A program made the position numbers and the translations under genes. Of a stretch of 64,000 nucleotides of DNA, positions 25,045 through 36,210 are shown in pieces (the first letter of the stretch is position 1; each line of letters opens with the position of its first letter). Where the stretch lies: the NCBI GenBank assembly GCA_002256025.1, contig NKIB01012745.1:1-64000 (forward strand), in the 5' to 3' direction. The notes beneath the pieces are model-generated. The model was given only the letters and a program-made list of their open reading frames with translations, did no database searches and was not told the DNA's origin. This DNA is from Asterionella formosa. Its lineage: Eukaryota.

Positions 25045-26511
25045 ATGCATACGCCATTCTTTTCCATCTTCGTTGCAATCACTATAGTTCCTGAAGTTGT
25101 GAAAGCATGGCTCGCTACGTCTTCCCCTTGCCATCGTCGAGGTGCACGATTGAGTGGAACAACGATGAATGCACAAGCACATTCACCCAAAAGTGTAGTC
25201 ATTGTGGGTGGAGGGATCGGAGGCTTATCGTCCGCCTATGATGCTCGTCATATTTTACACCCGACTGACAAGGTTACAGTGGTTAGCGCCAATGATCTGT
25301 TTCAGTTTACTCCAAGTAATCCCTGGGTCGCGATCCGCAAGCGTTCTGCCGACGACATTAGTCTGCCACTGCACAGAATTTTGCCAAAGTATAAGATTGA
25401 TTTTATACACGGTACAGCTGTCAAGCTTGACCCGAAAGAACAACTTCTGACACTCCAAGATGGAAAAATAGTCTCATATGATTATTTGATCATTGCCACG
25501 GGCCCAAAGTTGGGGTTTGACGAAGTTCCTGGCATGAGGGAGTGGTCAGCTTCCATTTGCACAACACCTCATGCTGCTTCGACTGCCGAAGCCTTGGATA
25601 GAATCGTCAAAGAACCTGGTCCAATCGTAATTGGCGCCACTCAGGGAGCTTCTTGCTTTGGACCTGCCTACGAATTTGCACTGTTGGTCCATTTTGAATT
25701 GCAACGCCGTGGAGGAAATGCCCTCTTGGATCAATGCAAAATAACATTTGTTACTCCCGAACCATATATTGGTCACCTGGGTTTGGGCGGGGCGGGTAAG
25801 TCTAAGGAGATTCTTGAGCGTTCCCTTAAAGCAAGGAATATCGACTATATTACGAACTGCCGAGTGAACCGCGTCTCGTCTGACAGTGTAACAATTGAAC
25901 ATTATACTGGTAATAAAAATGCGACAGAACAGAAAACCCTTAGCAGCAAATTCACAATGCTTATTCCACCCTTTCGAGGCCATTCTGTTTGGGCATCTGT
26001 GCCCGGGCTGACAGACAAGAATGGCATGATTGCTGTTAATGCGCAGCAACAATCTCGAGCATTTCCTACTATTTTTGGTGTGGGTGTCTGTGTTAGCTTT
26101 CCACCTCTGGAGAAGACTATGGTTCCCACGGGGGTTCCAAAGACAGGTTACATGATTGAGAGCATGGGGACAGCAGCGGTAAAGAATATCAAGTTTCTGA
26201 TAAATGATTCCCCAACGAATGAATTTGTTGCTCTTCCACATATCCCCACATTGAATGGACTCTGTATCACTGATTTTGGAGAGGACGGAGCAATCTTTCT
26301 GACCCTCCCACAAATTCCCCCCCGTCGCCTCGACGTGACGTTGAATGGCAAAGTAGCAACGCTTGGCAAGATTGCCTTTGAAAGATATTTTTTGCACAAG
26401 ATTGAAAGCGGAGATACAGACCCTTACTACGAGAAATACTTGCTTCATTTGATTGGAATTGACCGAACCTTGACGCAACCCTCCACTCTTTCCGAGGGAC
26501 AACCGGCTTAA
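25045..26511 (+). CDS. sqr: Sulfide:quinone oxidoreductase, bacterial type I (SqrA)-like, with putative bipartite plastid presequence
   Basis: FAD-binding VGGGIGG; FTPSNPWVA; YDYLIIATGP; SICTTPHA; GASCFGPAYEF; VPTGVPKTGYMIESM; CITDFG; LPQIPPR; KIAFERYFLHK...DPYYEK. Intronless, with a ~45-aa N-terminal extension. Confidence 0.92.
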   Translation: MHTPFFSIFVAITIVPEVVKAWLATSSPCHRRGARLSGTTMNAQAHSPKSVVIVGGGIGGLSSAYDARHILHPTDKVTVVSANDLFQFTPSNPWVAIRKRSADDISLPLHRILPKYKIDFIHGTAVKLDPKEQLLTLQDGKIVSYDYLIIATGPKLGFDEVPGMREWSASICTTPHAASTAEALDRIVKEPGPIVIGATQGASCFGPAYEFALLVHFELQRRGGNALLDQCKITFVTPEPYIGHLGLGGAGKSKEILERSLKARNIDYITNCRVNRVSSDSVTIEHYTGNKNATEQKTLSSKFTMLIPPFRGHSVWASVPGLTDKNGMIAVNAQQQSRAFPTIFGVGVCVSFPPLEKTMVPTGVPKTGYMIESMGTAAVKNIKFLINDSPTNEFVALPHIPTLNGLCITDFGEDGAIFLTLPQIPPRRLDVTLNGKVATLGKIAFERYFLHKIESGDTDPYYEKYLLHLIGIDRTLTQPSTLSEGQPA

Positions 26512-26847
26512 GGGATCCCATGCTTTTATTTTTGGTTAGCAAATACAACATTACAAGAAATTCCAAGGCAATACAATGCGAAATATGACAGGATACTTAC
26601 ATAGTTATATGCTATTATGTTTACAATGCGAAAGATACGACAGGATACTTGCATGGGTATATGCCATTATGTTTACACTTCTCACTCTCATTCATTGATT
26701 TATCAAATATTCGTACCCATCTTGTATAATATATATATACATTTAAATGCTTATAGACATACCGGTATGTTTACAACAGACCACGACTGGAAGTGTAACC
26801 ATTTGCTTTTACTTTATGCGATATGAGTTCCTCATAAACACAAAAAT

Positions 26848-27624
26848 TCACCAAGATGAAAGCTGCATGTTCATTGGCGGATCCCCACCTATCGTCGTGT
26901 AGACATCATTAGCCGTCATGGGATCAAAGGATAGCATATACAACAAACAAAGCTGGCTAAGGGCCACAATGGCCAAGACGGCAACAGCTCCAAATGAAAA
27001 ACCCTCTTGTCGTGTTTCATTTCCCGTGGAATCTGTACTTAAATCGATTCCCAAAAATTGCTTTGCAGCTCGGATATCCTCTTGTGACGAGGAGACAGGG
27101 CCATTCGGAGCCACAATTCGGATCCCTGGAATGATTGTCCTGAGAGACTCCTCGTTGGAAAGGGACGTTTCGTAACATTGTAATGCCTGTTGGATTTGTT
27201 CCGAAGTTGGTCGATCTTTGCCTTCAGAAGATAATTCGCTTGACTTGATCCTGCGTAACTCAGTAAGCGCTTCCTTCCGACGCACGGATGCTTCATTGAC
27301 TTGAGATATCCGGATTTGAAGCAACGAAAAGACCACGACAATCAAAAGGAAGGACCCCAATGCTGGCATGTTGATAACAGGTTCAAAAACTTGGGCTGAT
27401 TATTATGTTAGATTCTCGAATGCGTACATAAATCGGCAACATCCTGAGCATAACTCACCTCCAAGCTGCGATGGATCTTCAAACGATGCACTGAGGGCAC
27501 TGGCCAAAGATCTAGAGAGGTCGTTATTATCAACATACCTAATTCTGAGATTGCACGACGATCTAGGTGCTGTCGATTTCAGGGCATTCGCGAATGCGAG
27601 AGGTGGACGAAGATGAACGGTCAT
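26848..27624 (-). CDS. Uncharacterised two-TM membrane protein; 2 exons (27624-27459, 27395-26848)
   Basis: A GTGAGT...CAG intron 27458-27396 joins the ORFs in frame (…SQLG/AQVFEPVINMPALGSFLL…); two hydrophobic segments. True start is uncertain. Confidence 0.7.
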
Positions 27625-28139
27625 GAAAGTAGAACAAAGTTAGGCAAAGAACAATAATTCGACTTTATTTCTTTCCGTGAGCCCCAAAATTCATCCATCA
27701 GCAAGTGTCTACTTTTTCTTTATTGAAATACCGGGTATGTACGGTAACTGGTGGTACCAGGGGTACCAGGTACTGTGGATACGATCGCTCGTTGCCGAAA
27801 CGGGAATACCGGTAATGAGAAGTTTACACACATACCATACCGTATCATGTTGGAGCTATTTACCGGTAGACTACATGGTACCCGTAACGTACTCTATCAT
27901 CGCTCCACAGCAAAGCAAGGGAGTTAATTAAAAGACTCCATAACACTTCATAGTACCGTGCCGGTAGGTACAAGGTAACATATACATATTATATACGGAG
28001 TAATAGAAATAGCATACCGGCATACATGTTGGTTCTTGATGTTCTGCCTTGCTGCCTTCGCTTTTATTAATTACTACGATGGAGAATTGACAAGGGGTAA
28101 CGGTAATATTATACGATTATAGTTCACAACGAAGTCACC

Positions 28140-28811
28140 ATGGCTGGACGACGATCCAACGCAGTCTCAGCCACTCAGACAAAGCCTTTAGTACCTGCCA
28201 GCGAGGATCAGGGTAAAAGTCAGGGATTGGCAGCGAGAAACAAGAACAATAAGGACTTTGATCCAAAACTCATTTTCAGCCAAATCGTGGCCATTCAGAG
28301 TTTCCATTATCTCTTTCTTGGGTTTATCTTTCAAGTCAATCATGTCATCTTCAATACGACCGTGACCATTGATAGATTATTCACTGGAAAATACTTGAAT
28401 TTGTGGTCGATGAAAGGATGGGCAGATAATGCAGCGATCCTCCTTTCCTATCTATTTGGGTAGGTCATCGACACTGTCGCCTTTCAACACGTCCCATGTT
28501 CGCCGTTTCGATTCAACAACTCTCTTCAAAGAACTCACACATAACTTATGCCTCGCTTCACAAACAATTTATGTACCACCAGGGCCATGTTACTTAACGT
28601 GATTGTTGAAAAATCAAAAAAGTGTTTGGACTTCTCCGTGACACTGTTCGTGATTCACTTGGTGTCCTGCATTTGGTACGCTGGAATTCCAAACAATTGG
28701 GACTGGTGGATAGTCCACATCCTTGGAACAATTGTCATGATTCTTTTGGGGGAATATCTCTGTTCGTTGAGGGAGCTGAGTGAAATTCCCCTGTTGGAAC
28801 TTCCGATTTGA
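28140..28811 (+). CDS. SYS1: Golgi integral membrane protein Sys1; 2 exons (28140-28459, 28583-28811)
   Basis: FDPKLIFSQIVAIQSFHY, IVEKSKKCLDFSVT, WDWW, LGEYLCSLRELSEIP; intron 28460-28582. Confidence 0.92.
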
Positions 28812-28926
28812 AGCAAGTTTCGCACTACATACCTTTTACCATTATGTGCACATTAGTTACTGTTATAGAATCTAGACGACTAGAAAATCATGGGAAGCAT
28901 CACCCAAAACTCGTACATTTTATGGT

Positions 28927-30243
28927 CTAGGGCGAGTTCTCCCCTCGCTTCCACATTTTATATTTTCTCCAAATGTAGGCACATTCTTCATGGACAATGG
29001 CGTGTCGTCGGGCCAACGCTTCTACATCTTTGTCATAGCCACCACCAACAACAGCGGCAACAGGCAAGCCTGCTGTCACACAGCGTTCCAAGATCCATCG
29101 ATCCCTCCTTCGGATACCGGCCTCTGAAACATTCAGGCGTCCCAACGTGTCACCTGCATAAACGTCAACGCCGGCGTCGTATAGGACAAAGGTGGGGTCA
29201 ACCTCTGATATGGCTTTGTTCACACTTGCTTCGAGTACCTCCATGTATTCGTCGTCTTCACATCCATCACGCAATCCAATATCGTAGGTCGAATGAGCTT
29301 TCAATTGAGGATAATTGGACGCACAATGTATACTAAGTGTCGATAATCGTTTATTTCCAAGATCACCAAACTTGGCGGTCCCATCTCCTTGGTGCACATC
29401 ACAATCTATCACCAACACACGACTGATTCCCATCACTGATCCACCATTAAGAGTTTCGTCAGTGAGAAAGTTAGCCGCAACCGCCAAATCGTTCAGAATG
29501 GTATACCCTGCCCCCATGTCACGATGTGCGTGATGCGTCCCGCCTGCAGCATTCGACGCGATACCGTACCGAGCCGCCAATTGAGCTGCCAATACAGTCC
29601 CAGCTACCTCCAAGACAGTTCGCTCTATGAGTTCCGGCCGGTCGGTTTGCTCCCGAAAGCCAATGTACCGCTTTTGTTCATATGTTAGGCCACTAGTCAG
29701 GAATCGGTCGAGAAAATCAGGGTTGATGGGACCGGTCGGTTCCGCTAACCAGGTGCGAGGGACGTCCGACATGTCAAGAGGCCTGAAAAAATCGTTTTCC
29801 TTTCGGACTAGCGGTCTGGATAGTGTCGAGCGACTTGGGAATGTTTTTGAACAAGTCGTTTGTAATGCAAGAGCGAGACGAGAAAACTTGTCCATGGGAA
29901 AGGTGTGCTTCTCGGGCCAGTCAGGAAATGAATAGTGTTCGTGATAGACAATTGGAGCATGGAATTGATTGAGGCAAGGATCAAGTCCAAGCCGCGACAC
30001 CGCTAGATCCCTCGATTCAACCGATATTTCCGCAGATAGCGATGAGAACTGGCGACGTCGCGAACCATTTTGAGCGTCGATTTGAGTTCGCCTGCTATGG
30101 ATTGTTATGGTTCCTCGCTCTGTTCTGGGGAATCGAACTGAGCTTGTAGACAGGATTGATATGTGCCGAATGGTAAGATTCAATCCACTTGCTAATGTGA
30201 TGGGCATGTTGCAAAGAAGAAAAGGAATCCAATTTCTGGACAT
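28927..30243 (-). CDS. Histone deacetylase superfamily protein (class IV/HDAC11- or AcuC-like) with N-terminal extension
   Basis: HTFPMDKF, GGTHHA, DCDVHQGDG, YDAGVD...D-LG, GGGY zinc-binding/catalytic motifs. Confidence 0.9.
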   Translation of the reverse strand: MSRNWIPFLLCNMPITLASGLNLTIRHISILSTSSVRFPRTERGTITIHSRRTQIDAQNGSRRRQFSSLSAEISVESRDLAVSRLGLDPCLNQFHAPIVYHEHYSFPDWPEKHTFPMDKFSRLALALQTTCSKTFPSRSTLSRPLVRKENDFFRPLDMSDVPRTWLAEPTGPINPDFLDRFLTSGLTYEQKRYIGFREQTDRPELIERTVLEVAGTVLAAQLAARYGIASNAAGGTHHAHRDMGAGYTILNDLAVAANFLTDETLNGGSVMGISRVLVIDCDVHQGDGTAKFGDLGNKRLSTLSIHCASNYPQLKAHSTYDIGLRDGCEDDEYMEVLEASVNKAISEVDPTFVLYDAGVDVYAGDTLGRLNVSEAGIRRRDRWILERCVTAGLPVAAVVGGGYDKDVEALARRHAIVHEECAYIWRKYKMWKRGENSP

Positions 30244-30689
30244 GAAAGGCTGGTCTCAACAATAGGGGCTTGCGATCATGCCTCTCCGTATGAGCTCTCG
30301 TACATCAACAGCTATTCGCAATCTCCTTCCTTCTCATGATCGAGCTTCACAGGGTATTAGCTATGGGTAAGAAGGGATTGACCTGTGAATAACGAGAGGA
30401 ATGGCTGAGTCATGACCATTAATTTTTGTCATGGTTGCTTCGTCTGCGATTGGCATGATTATCACAACGTGGTGCGGCACCCTATTGTATTGCCAGTTGA
30501 ACTTGTACTATGAAGGACCTTGTACCTGGTACCGGTCACGACTGTATTGATTAACGATAGATACCGGTAGTCTACGTAGTGGTATCGGTATTCATCAAGT
30601 ATGCCGGTAGTTGGTAGATGCTAGGAATCTTCAGCCCTCACTCAGTAAAAATTGGGAGAAAAAATGTTTGTACTCAAATGGTTTGTTTT

Positions 30690-31300
30690 ATTACCGTTAC
30701 TTTGTTTGCTAATGCTTTTATAAAAGTGTGTGGTTAATGTAACTGTAAAATTGAATGTATAATTTTGAAACTTCCAAGCATCATGCATGTTTCAAAAAAA
30801 GGTGATCTTTGGAGGTGAGGTTCATTTGTGTTCCCAGCTTGAACTAAGAATAAACTAAATCCTCTTCCTAAATACACATATGTCTCATCTTGACCTAGTA
30901 CTAGCTATCTCAACTAAGGCCAGATGCTGTTTGATCAAAGACTGCTTACAGAATGATCCTGTTAATCATAACTAGATCATATCTAATTTGCTTCTTTAAT
31001 GTTCCTTGATTTTGCGTACACATCGTCTGTAATTGTCTAGTCATGCATTCATTTGTTCATTTGTTGGCCTCTAGGTCTGATCGCCTTCTAGAGTCAACAT
31101 AAAGGTTAGAAAGAACTTCTACTGAAAATTCCTCTCTTAACAGTGGCATTTTGCACACAACATTCAACCACCATGTGTCCTTGAATAAAAATCTAATGGA
31201 TTGTGCTACATGTTCCTAGTCAGGTCGCTCACTAGAGATGGAAAAATATTGACATTTTCATAACCTGATCTAGAATCAGGAATCTCTATGTGTTTGCACT
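30690..31300 (-). repeat. Diverged dispersed repeat, copy A (possibly a decayed non-LTR retrotransposon 3' end)
   Basis: Collinear similarity to 60480-61050 (TAATTTTGAAA, CATGTTTC, TTGGAGG-GAGGTTC, ATCCTCTTCCT, GAATCAGGAATC). The class assignment is a guess. Confidence 0.45.
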
Positions 31301-31349
31301 TATTTTTTGCACTTAGATCCCATGCTATTTTAGATTTAGTATGCCTGTA

Positions 31350-31426
31350 CTGCAAGATGCGGTAATTTTGCTATCTTTATCCCATATTAAATTGTTTACT
31401 TGAGCAAAATGACCGCAACTTGCTGG
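31350..31426 (-). mobile_element. ~90-bp MITE, copy 3 (internally deleted)
   Basis: TA|CTGCAAGATGCGGTAATTTTGCT...GCAAAATGACCGCAACTTGCTGG|TA. Confidence 0.8.
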
Positions 31427-31439
31427 TATTGGTACTAGA

Positions 31440-32850
31440 AAGTTTCTGTTAGGCTGTTGCTGCCTCGAAGTGGAAAGAACTACTCACCAAGAAAGCAGAC
31501 CAACGTCAGGAATTCTCACTCATTAAAGTTGGAATTGTCAGAATAGTAAGCACTGCATGGGATGAATCATTTGCTCAAGTTGCCTCCAACATGACTGCAA
31601 TCGCCAACCAAGGATGGGTCCCACTCAACTATAAATTTCTCAATCACCTTGAAATACAACTTACGAAGACAACATCGCAAAATGGCACCTAAAACAACAA
31701 CAAAGCAATGTTACTTCGCCTAAAGATTTAAATCTGTCAGATGGATATGCTGGCACTCTAGTTGACCATGTTGTTGAACACAGGAGTTATAAAGATGCTC
31801 GAAATGGAATCAACTTTGATGCCCAAGCCCATCATCGCAAGGAAAATGCCCAAAACCCATCTCATCTTCCACAAAAAAATCTCTGTCGGCCTCTTGGTAT
31901 CTGCTGGCATTCATGGACAAAATGTGCTTTCAACCGCAATGGTGAGAAAGAGAAAGGCAGGAGAGTAACTGGTTTCTGAGCGTCAAAAAAGTCAACATGA
32001 GAATTTATGAAGCTACTGATCAAATTTATGGCTCTACGCGCAGCCAACAAGGCTGAGAAAATGCTTTCAGTTCCTGAAATAAAGATCCTTTTGCAATGCT
32101 TTCGACGCAATGGAGATTTGCCGGTAGTACCACAAACAAGACAAGCCCTACTTACCCGCTAGGTTGAGACCTCACCTCGAGGAGACCATCAGGCGCCACA
32201 AGAGATCACAACTGTTGCTCTGAGTCCCATCCCCCCTATTCTATTCTCCCTCAGCCTGTGGTTGCCAATAGGGCTGAAACAGAACAAGGGGGAAATTGAC
32301 ATTCCAGCACTGCCTTGCTTCGAATACAGTTGCTGGAGATCGAGGAAGAATATGAAGGGTGAGAGGAGGAGAAAGAGAAGGAGGTGGAGGTGGAGGTGGA
32401 GAAACAAACAAACAAACAAACAAACAGAATGTTCTTGGTGACATCAGTCATGATATTACCACACCGGTAGCCTGATGTAAGCAGAACACTACTAGTGATA
32501 AACGTAAATAATTGCTAAATAATCTATATCAAACCATCATAGAAACGAACAAAAGCAAGATTATTGACACAAAAAACAAAATAATATTGGAGTTAAAAGG
32601 CAAACGCAACATTACTTAAGGGTTAAAAATGAAACAATTAAAATTAGATGGGAAAAGAACAAGATGCAATGGACAATTATAATTTGTGGCAGGAAACATT
32701 TTAGATTCAACAACAATAGGGTAATCAAAACAGAATTTGAATATAAATTTATCTTCAGGTACTTGTAAAAATATGTATTGATAGTCATACAAAATGGCCA
32801 AAATTAGTATAGCAGATGAATATTGCAGCATACTACTTGGTAGCATCATT
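31440..32850 (+). pseudogene. C-terminal remnant of a pogo/DDE_1-like transposase plus subterminal sequence
   Basis: Frame at ~31522 reads IKVGIVRIVSTAWDESFAQVASNMTAIANQGWVPLNYKFLNHLEI (pogo-type AW...G.P tail), with stops and shifts. 32750-32810 matches the subterminal block at 57488-57550 and the reverse complement of 58045-58090. Confidence 0.6.
32402..32426. repeat. (AAAC)6 microsatellite
   Basis: Read directly from the sequence. Confidence 0.9.
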
Positions 32851-32949
32851 CAATGGTGAACGTGAAAAGTAGTATGCTGGAAGATACAGATGTCCAATAT
32901 AAATATGTCAGAACTTGAATATATGGATTCATGACTGACAGACAGCCCA

Positions 32950-33043
32950 CTGCAAGTTGCGGAAATTTTGCTGAACTAAAGTTTAAGCTATCTTTATCCA
33001 AGATTTAATTGGTAATTTAAGCAAAATGACCACAACTTGCTGC
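32950..33043 (-). mobile_element. ~90-bp MITE, copy 4
   Basis: CTGCAAGTTGCGGAAATTTTGCTG...GCAAAATGACCACAACTTGCTGC|TA. Confidence 0.8.
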
Positions 33044-33788
33044 TATCAGCAGTATGCAGGTCCAAAATGGTATGCAATAAATTTATAGAGCACACATTAG
33101 TTGAAGTAAACAATTGATAACTGTTTTTCTATGTGTCCAGTGGCATATCTTATGCTTTTGTCATGATATGTTCAGCTCTTGTTTACATTTTGCTTACTGA
33201 TGTCGATGGCTGTCTGAAGGCTTGATGCAGCAGTACAGCAAGCAGTACTGTCCCAGGTACCGGTATGCTGAATGGAAAGAATAGCTACTACCTGGTACTC
33301 CTACCAGGTACCGGTAAACGCACAGACTAATTCTCCGAGCGGATTGTGCTTGACGATCCGACATAAAAATCGACAGTGATGTGCGTACTGGTATTACAGG
33401 GTTGTATGTACTGTAGTTGTTTTTTACATGTTGCTTAAAGGATCAAGCGCACATGTCGCGCAAACTGAAAGAGTCCTCGTCCACCACTCCACCAAGCAAA
33501 ACCAACCGCTCGCTTGCTGTTGCGGACCTTTTTTCACTTCTTGAATTGCTCACATCAGCATCCATCATCATCATGATGCCGGCCCGATTTGCTTTAGATT
33601 TTTGCATACAAGCCACCGGACCGGTTATGTAACAGCTTCCGGGTAAGAAATATAATATATTTTAGACATCGTCATTTCCCCATTAAATATAACAGCGACC
33701 ATCTCCATTATTTCCCACCACCATAATCGATCAAGGAAACCATTAAAGGAGTCGGACCATTATATAGTACAGTGTAGACCTGTTCACC

Positions 33789-36152
33789 ATGGCGAAAAAG
33801 AAGGTGGACAAGAAAAAGGGACCAAAGGGAAAGAAGGCGAGGGCGGCGGCCAAGCTTGATCGACAATGGGGAGAGCACTTGGACGAAAATGCTGTGCAAG
33901 CAGCAAAATATCGACGTGGAAAGAGTCGACTGACGAAGGTGGAAAATCGAATGGATGAACCAGATGAAGAACAAGTTCCAATGAAGGGTGGTAGCGTTAC
34001 TGTTGAAGAAGGTGGCTCAGAAGGTAGTGACGACGAGGAACATGAACCTCAAGCGAATGCCTTGCAACTTCTACTGACTAGCATTAAAACGACTTCGAAG
34101 CGGGTAAAATCTGACATTGACGACGAACAAGATGGATCGTTTCTTCAAGAAGAATCCGACGAAGAAGACAGTATCATGGAGGGGGATCAGGCTGAAGACA
34201 CAGAAGAATCTGATATAGAATTAGAAGATACAATTGAGAAACATGACGATGGTCCACAAGATCAAGATGTTGACTCATACTCGGAACATTTTAATCGAGA
34301 GCCATTACCGGAGAACGAAAAGGAAATATCTGAGCTCATGTCCAGTCTCCAAAAATTTCATAAAATACCAACACATTGCCTTCAAGATTCGTTCGATCTT
34401 CAAATATCTGGTTCAGTTGTGCTCAGTCAGCTAAAATCAGCTAATATTATGGCTGCGAAAGAAAGCCCTGGAAAATCGCAAAATGCATGGAAAAAAGTTT
34501 CAGATTCCTTATTCGCCTGTAATCGCAAGGTGTTGAAAGAATTATGGAAGAAAAATAACAAACGAGTGCTCAAGTCGGACCCCGGTGGTCATGGGAGTGT
34601 ACAGGGAGCCAAATTTTCGTCTCTTCAGAGTTGCATATACCCATCCCTAGCTAATTACAATGACATTCTCTTGACTACAGAATCAGAAAAGAATCGAGAT
34701 TCTATTAATAGCGTTATTTCGCTTCATTTGCTCAATCATGTTCTGACTACACGCGGTCGTATCCAACGAAATAACAAGCGAGTCAAGGAAGCAGAGAATT
34801 CTGACGAAGCAATTGACGACACGGAAAAGTACCGTGACCAGGGGTATACGCGACCAACTGTATTGGTGCTGCTCCCAACAAGAGGAAGTTGTCACTCTTT
34901 CTTTCATGACATGATGAGACTGCTCGGGAACTCCGCTTCACAGATTGAAAATTTGGATCGATTTAATGAAGAGTATGGTCCCATTGCTCTCGAGGACGAC
35001 CCCGACGAGGATGACGCAACCAAGCGACGACGACAAGCGATCCAAGAAGCCAAAGGGGTCGAGTGGAATGCTCTATTCGGAGACGAAGTGAATGCCGACG
35101 ACGACTTTAAGTTCGGCTTCTCCATGACGCCCAAGGTCGCTGGAGGAAAAGGTGAAAGCGGTGGCGTTGCAGTAAAAATGTACACGAATTTCTACAGAAG
35201 TGACATAATTTTGGCATCTCCTCTTGCCCTGAAATTGGCAATCGACTCGGAAGACGAAGATGGGAAAACTGATTCAGACTTTTTGTCCAGCATTGAAATT
35301 TGTCTCGTGGCACGTGCGGACGTTCTCTACATGCAAAATTGGGACCATGTTCACAATGTGCTTGATGTCTTGAACCAGCAACCCAAAAAGAACAATGGTA
35401 CCGACTTTGGGAGAGTGCGACAGTATCTATTGGCAGGTCAAGCGAAGTACTGGAGGCAAACCATTGTTACATCGTCCTTCAGTGCTCCCATGGTTCTATC
35501 CACTTTCAAGCGCCATGCGCAAAGCATGGAAGGCGCATTAAAGCTGCGACTTCGTGTTCCAACAGATGACTCTAGGTTAAATGACATCATTGTTAGAGCA
35601 AAGCAGGTGTTTCAAAAAATCCATTGCTTGTCCTTTACAAATCAAGGAAATGACCTATTGAAATACTTTGCAGATCAAGTCCTTCCCCAAATCTTGCAAT
35701 CTAAGCAGAAGCACACCATGATTTTCATTCCTTCTTACTTTGACTTTGTCTCGGTAAGAAACCTTTTACTAAAGAAAGAAGCTGACTTCGTGAGCGTGAC
35801 GGAGTATGCACGGGTCAGTGAAGTGAGTCGAGGACGTGCTCGATTCCTCCAAGGTCGCAAACCACTGATGTTGTACACTGGTCGTGCTCATTACTTTTCT
35901 CGTCACGCCATTAAGGGTGTTCGGCATTTGATATTCTTCGGACTACCAGAGCGAGCTGACTTTTATTCGGGATTGGTCAATGAGCTCAACAAAGGGCTCG
36001 ACCGAGACGGCGATCAAGAGGGCAACGCTCCGGCCAGTGTGCTTGCGTTGTTTACGAAGTTCGAGGCTCATTCGTTGGAACGTGTCGTTGGAAAGCAGCA
36101 TTGTGATCGGATGATAAAAGGTGAAAAGCAAACCTATATGTTTGTTTGCTAG
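33789..36152 (+). CDS. UTP25: U3 snoRNA-associated protein 25 (Utp25/DEF)
   Basis: RDQGYTRPTVLVLLP, DDFKFG, FYRSDIILASPLALK, DFLSSIE, MQNWDH, FIPSYFDFV, LYTGRAHYF; 787 aa, acidic N-terminus. Confidence 0.95.
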   Translation: MAKKKVDKKKGPKGKKARAAAKLDRQWGEHLDENAVQAAKYRRGKSRLTKVENRMDEPDEEQVPMKGGSVTVEEGGSEGSDDEEHEPQANALQLLLTSIKTTSKRVKSDIDDEQDGSFLQEESDEEDSIMEGDQAEDTEESDIELEDTIEKHDDGPQDQDVDSYSEHFNREPLPENEKEISELMSSLQKFHKIPTHCLQDSFDLQISGSVVLSQLKSANIMAAKESPGKSQNAWKKVSDSLFACNRKVLKELWKKNNKRVLKSDPGGHGSVQGAKFSSLQSCIYPSLANYNDILLTTESEKNRDSINSVISLHLLNHVLTTRGRIQRNNKRVKEAENSDEAIDDTEKYRDQGYTRPTVLVLLPTRGSCHSFFHDMMRLLGNSASQIENLDRFNEEYGPIALEDDPDEDDATKRRRQAIQEAKGVEWNALFGDEVNADDDFKFGFSMTPKVAGGKGESGGVAVKMYTNFYRSDIILASPLALKLAIDSEDEDGKTDSDFLSSIEICLVARADVLYMQNWDHVHNVLDVLNQQPKKNNGTDFGRVRQYLLAGQAKYWRQTIVTSSFSAPMVLSTFKRHAQSMEGALKLRLRVPTDDSRLNDIIVRAKQVFQKIHCLSFTNQGNDLLKYFADQVLPQILQSKQKHTMIFIPSYFDFVSVRNLLLKKEADFVSVTEYARVSEVSRGRARFLQGRKPLMLYTGRAHYFSRHAIKGVRHLIFFGLPERADFYSGLVNELNKGLDRDGDQEGNAPASVLALFTKFEAHSLERVVGKQHCDRMIKGEKQTYMFVC

Positions 36153-36210
36153 TAAAAATATGTTATAGATATACAAAGGGAATTTCTTGTCAATGCAGTC
36201 GCTCTGATGC

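Noticed and set aside
25546..26502. 318-aa antisense ORF, and similar shadow ORFs over VPS35, ClpR, HisIE and UTP25
   Set aside because: They overlap well-supported genes on the other strand or frame and have no recognisable motifs.
25045..30243. Sulfur-oxidation gene cluster around sqr
   Set aside because: Neighbours (two-TM protein, SYS1, HDAC, TPX2) show no persulfide dioxygenase, rhodanese or TauE motifs; no cluster is supported.
31350..33043. Composite transposon bounded by MITE copies 3 and 4
   Set aside because: Each copy has both of its own TIRs and no distinctive shared TSD is seen; independent insertions near a pogo relic are more parsimonious.
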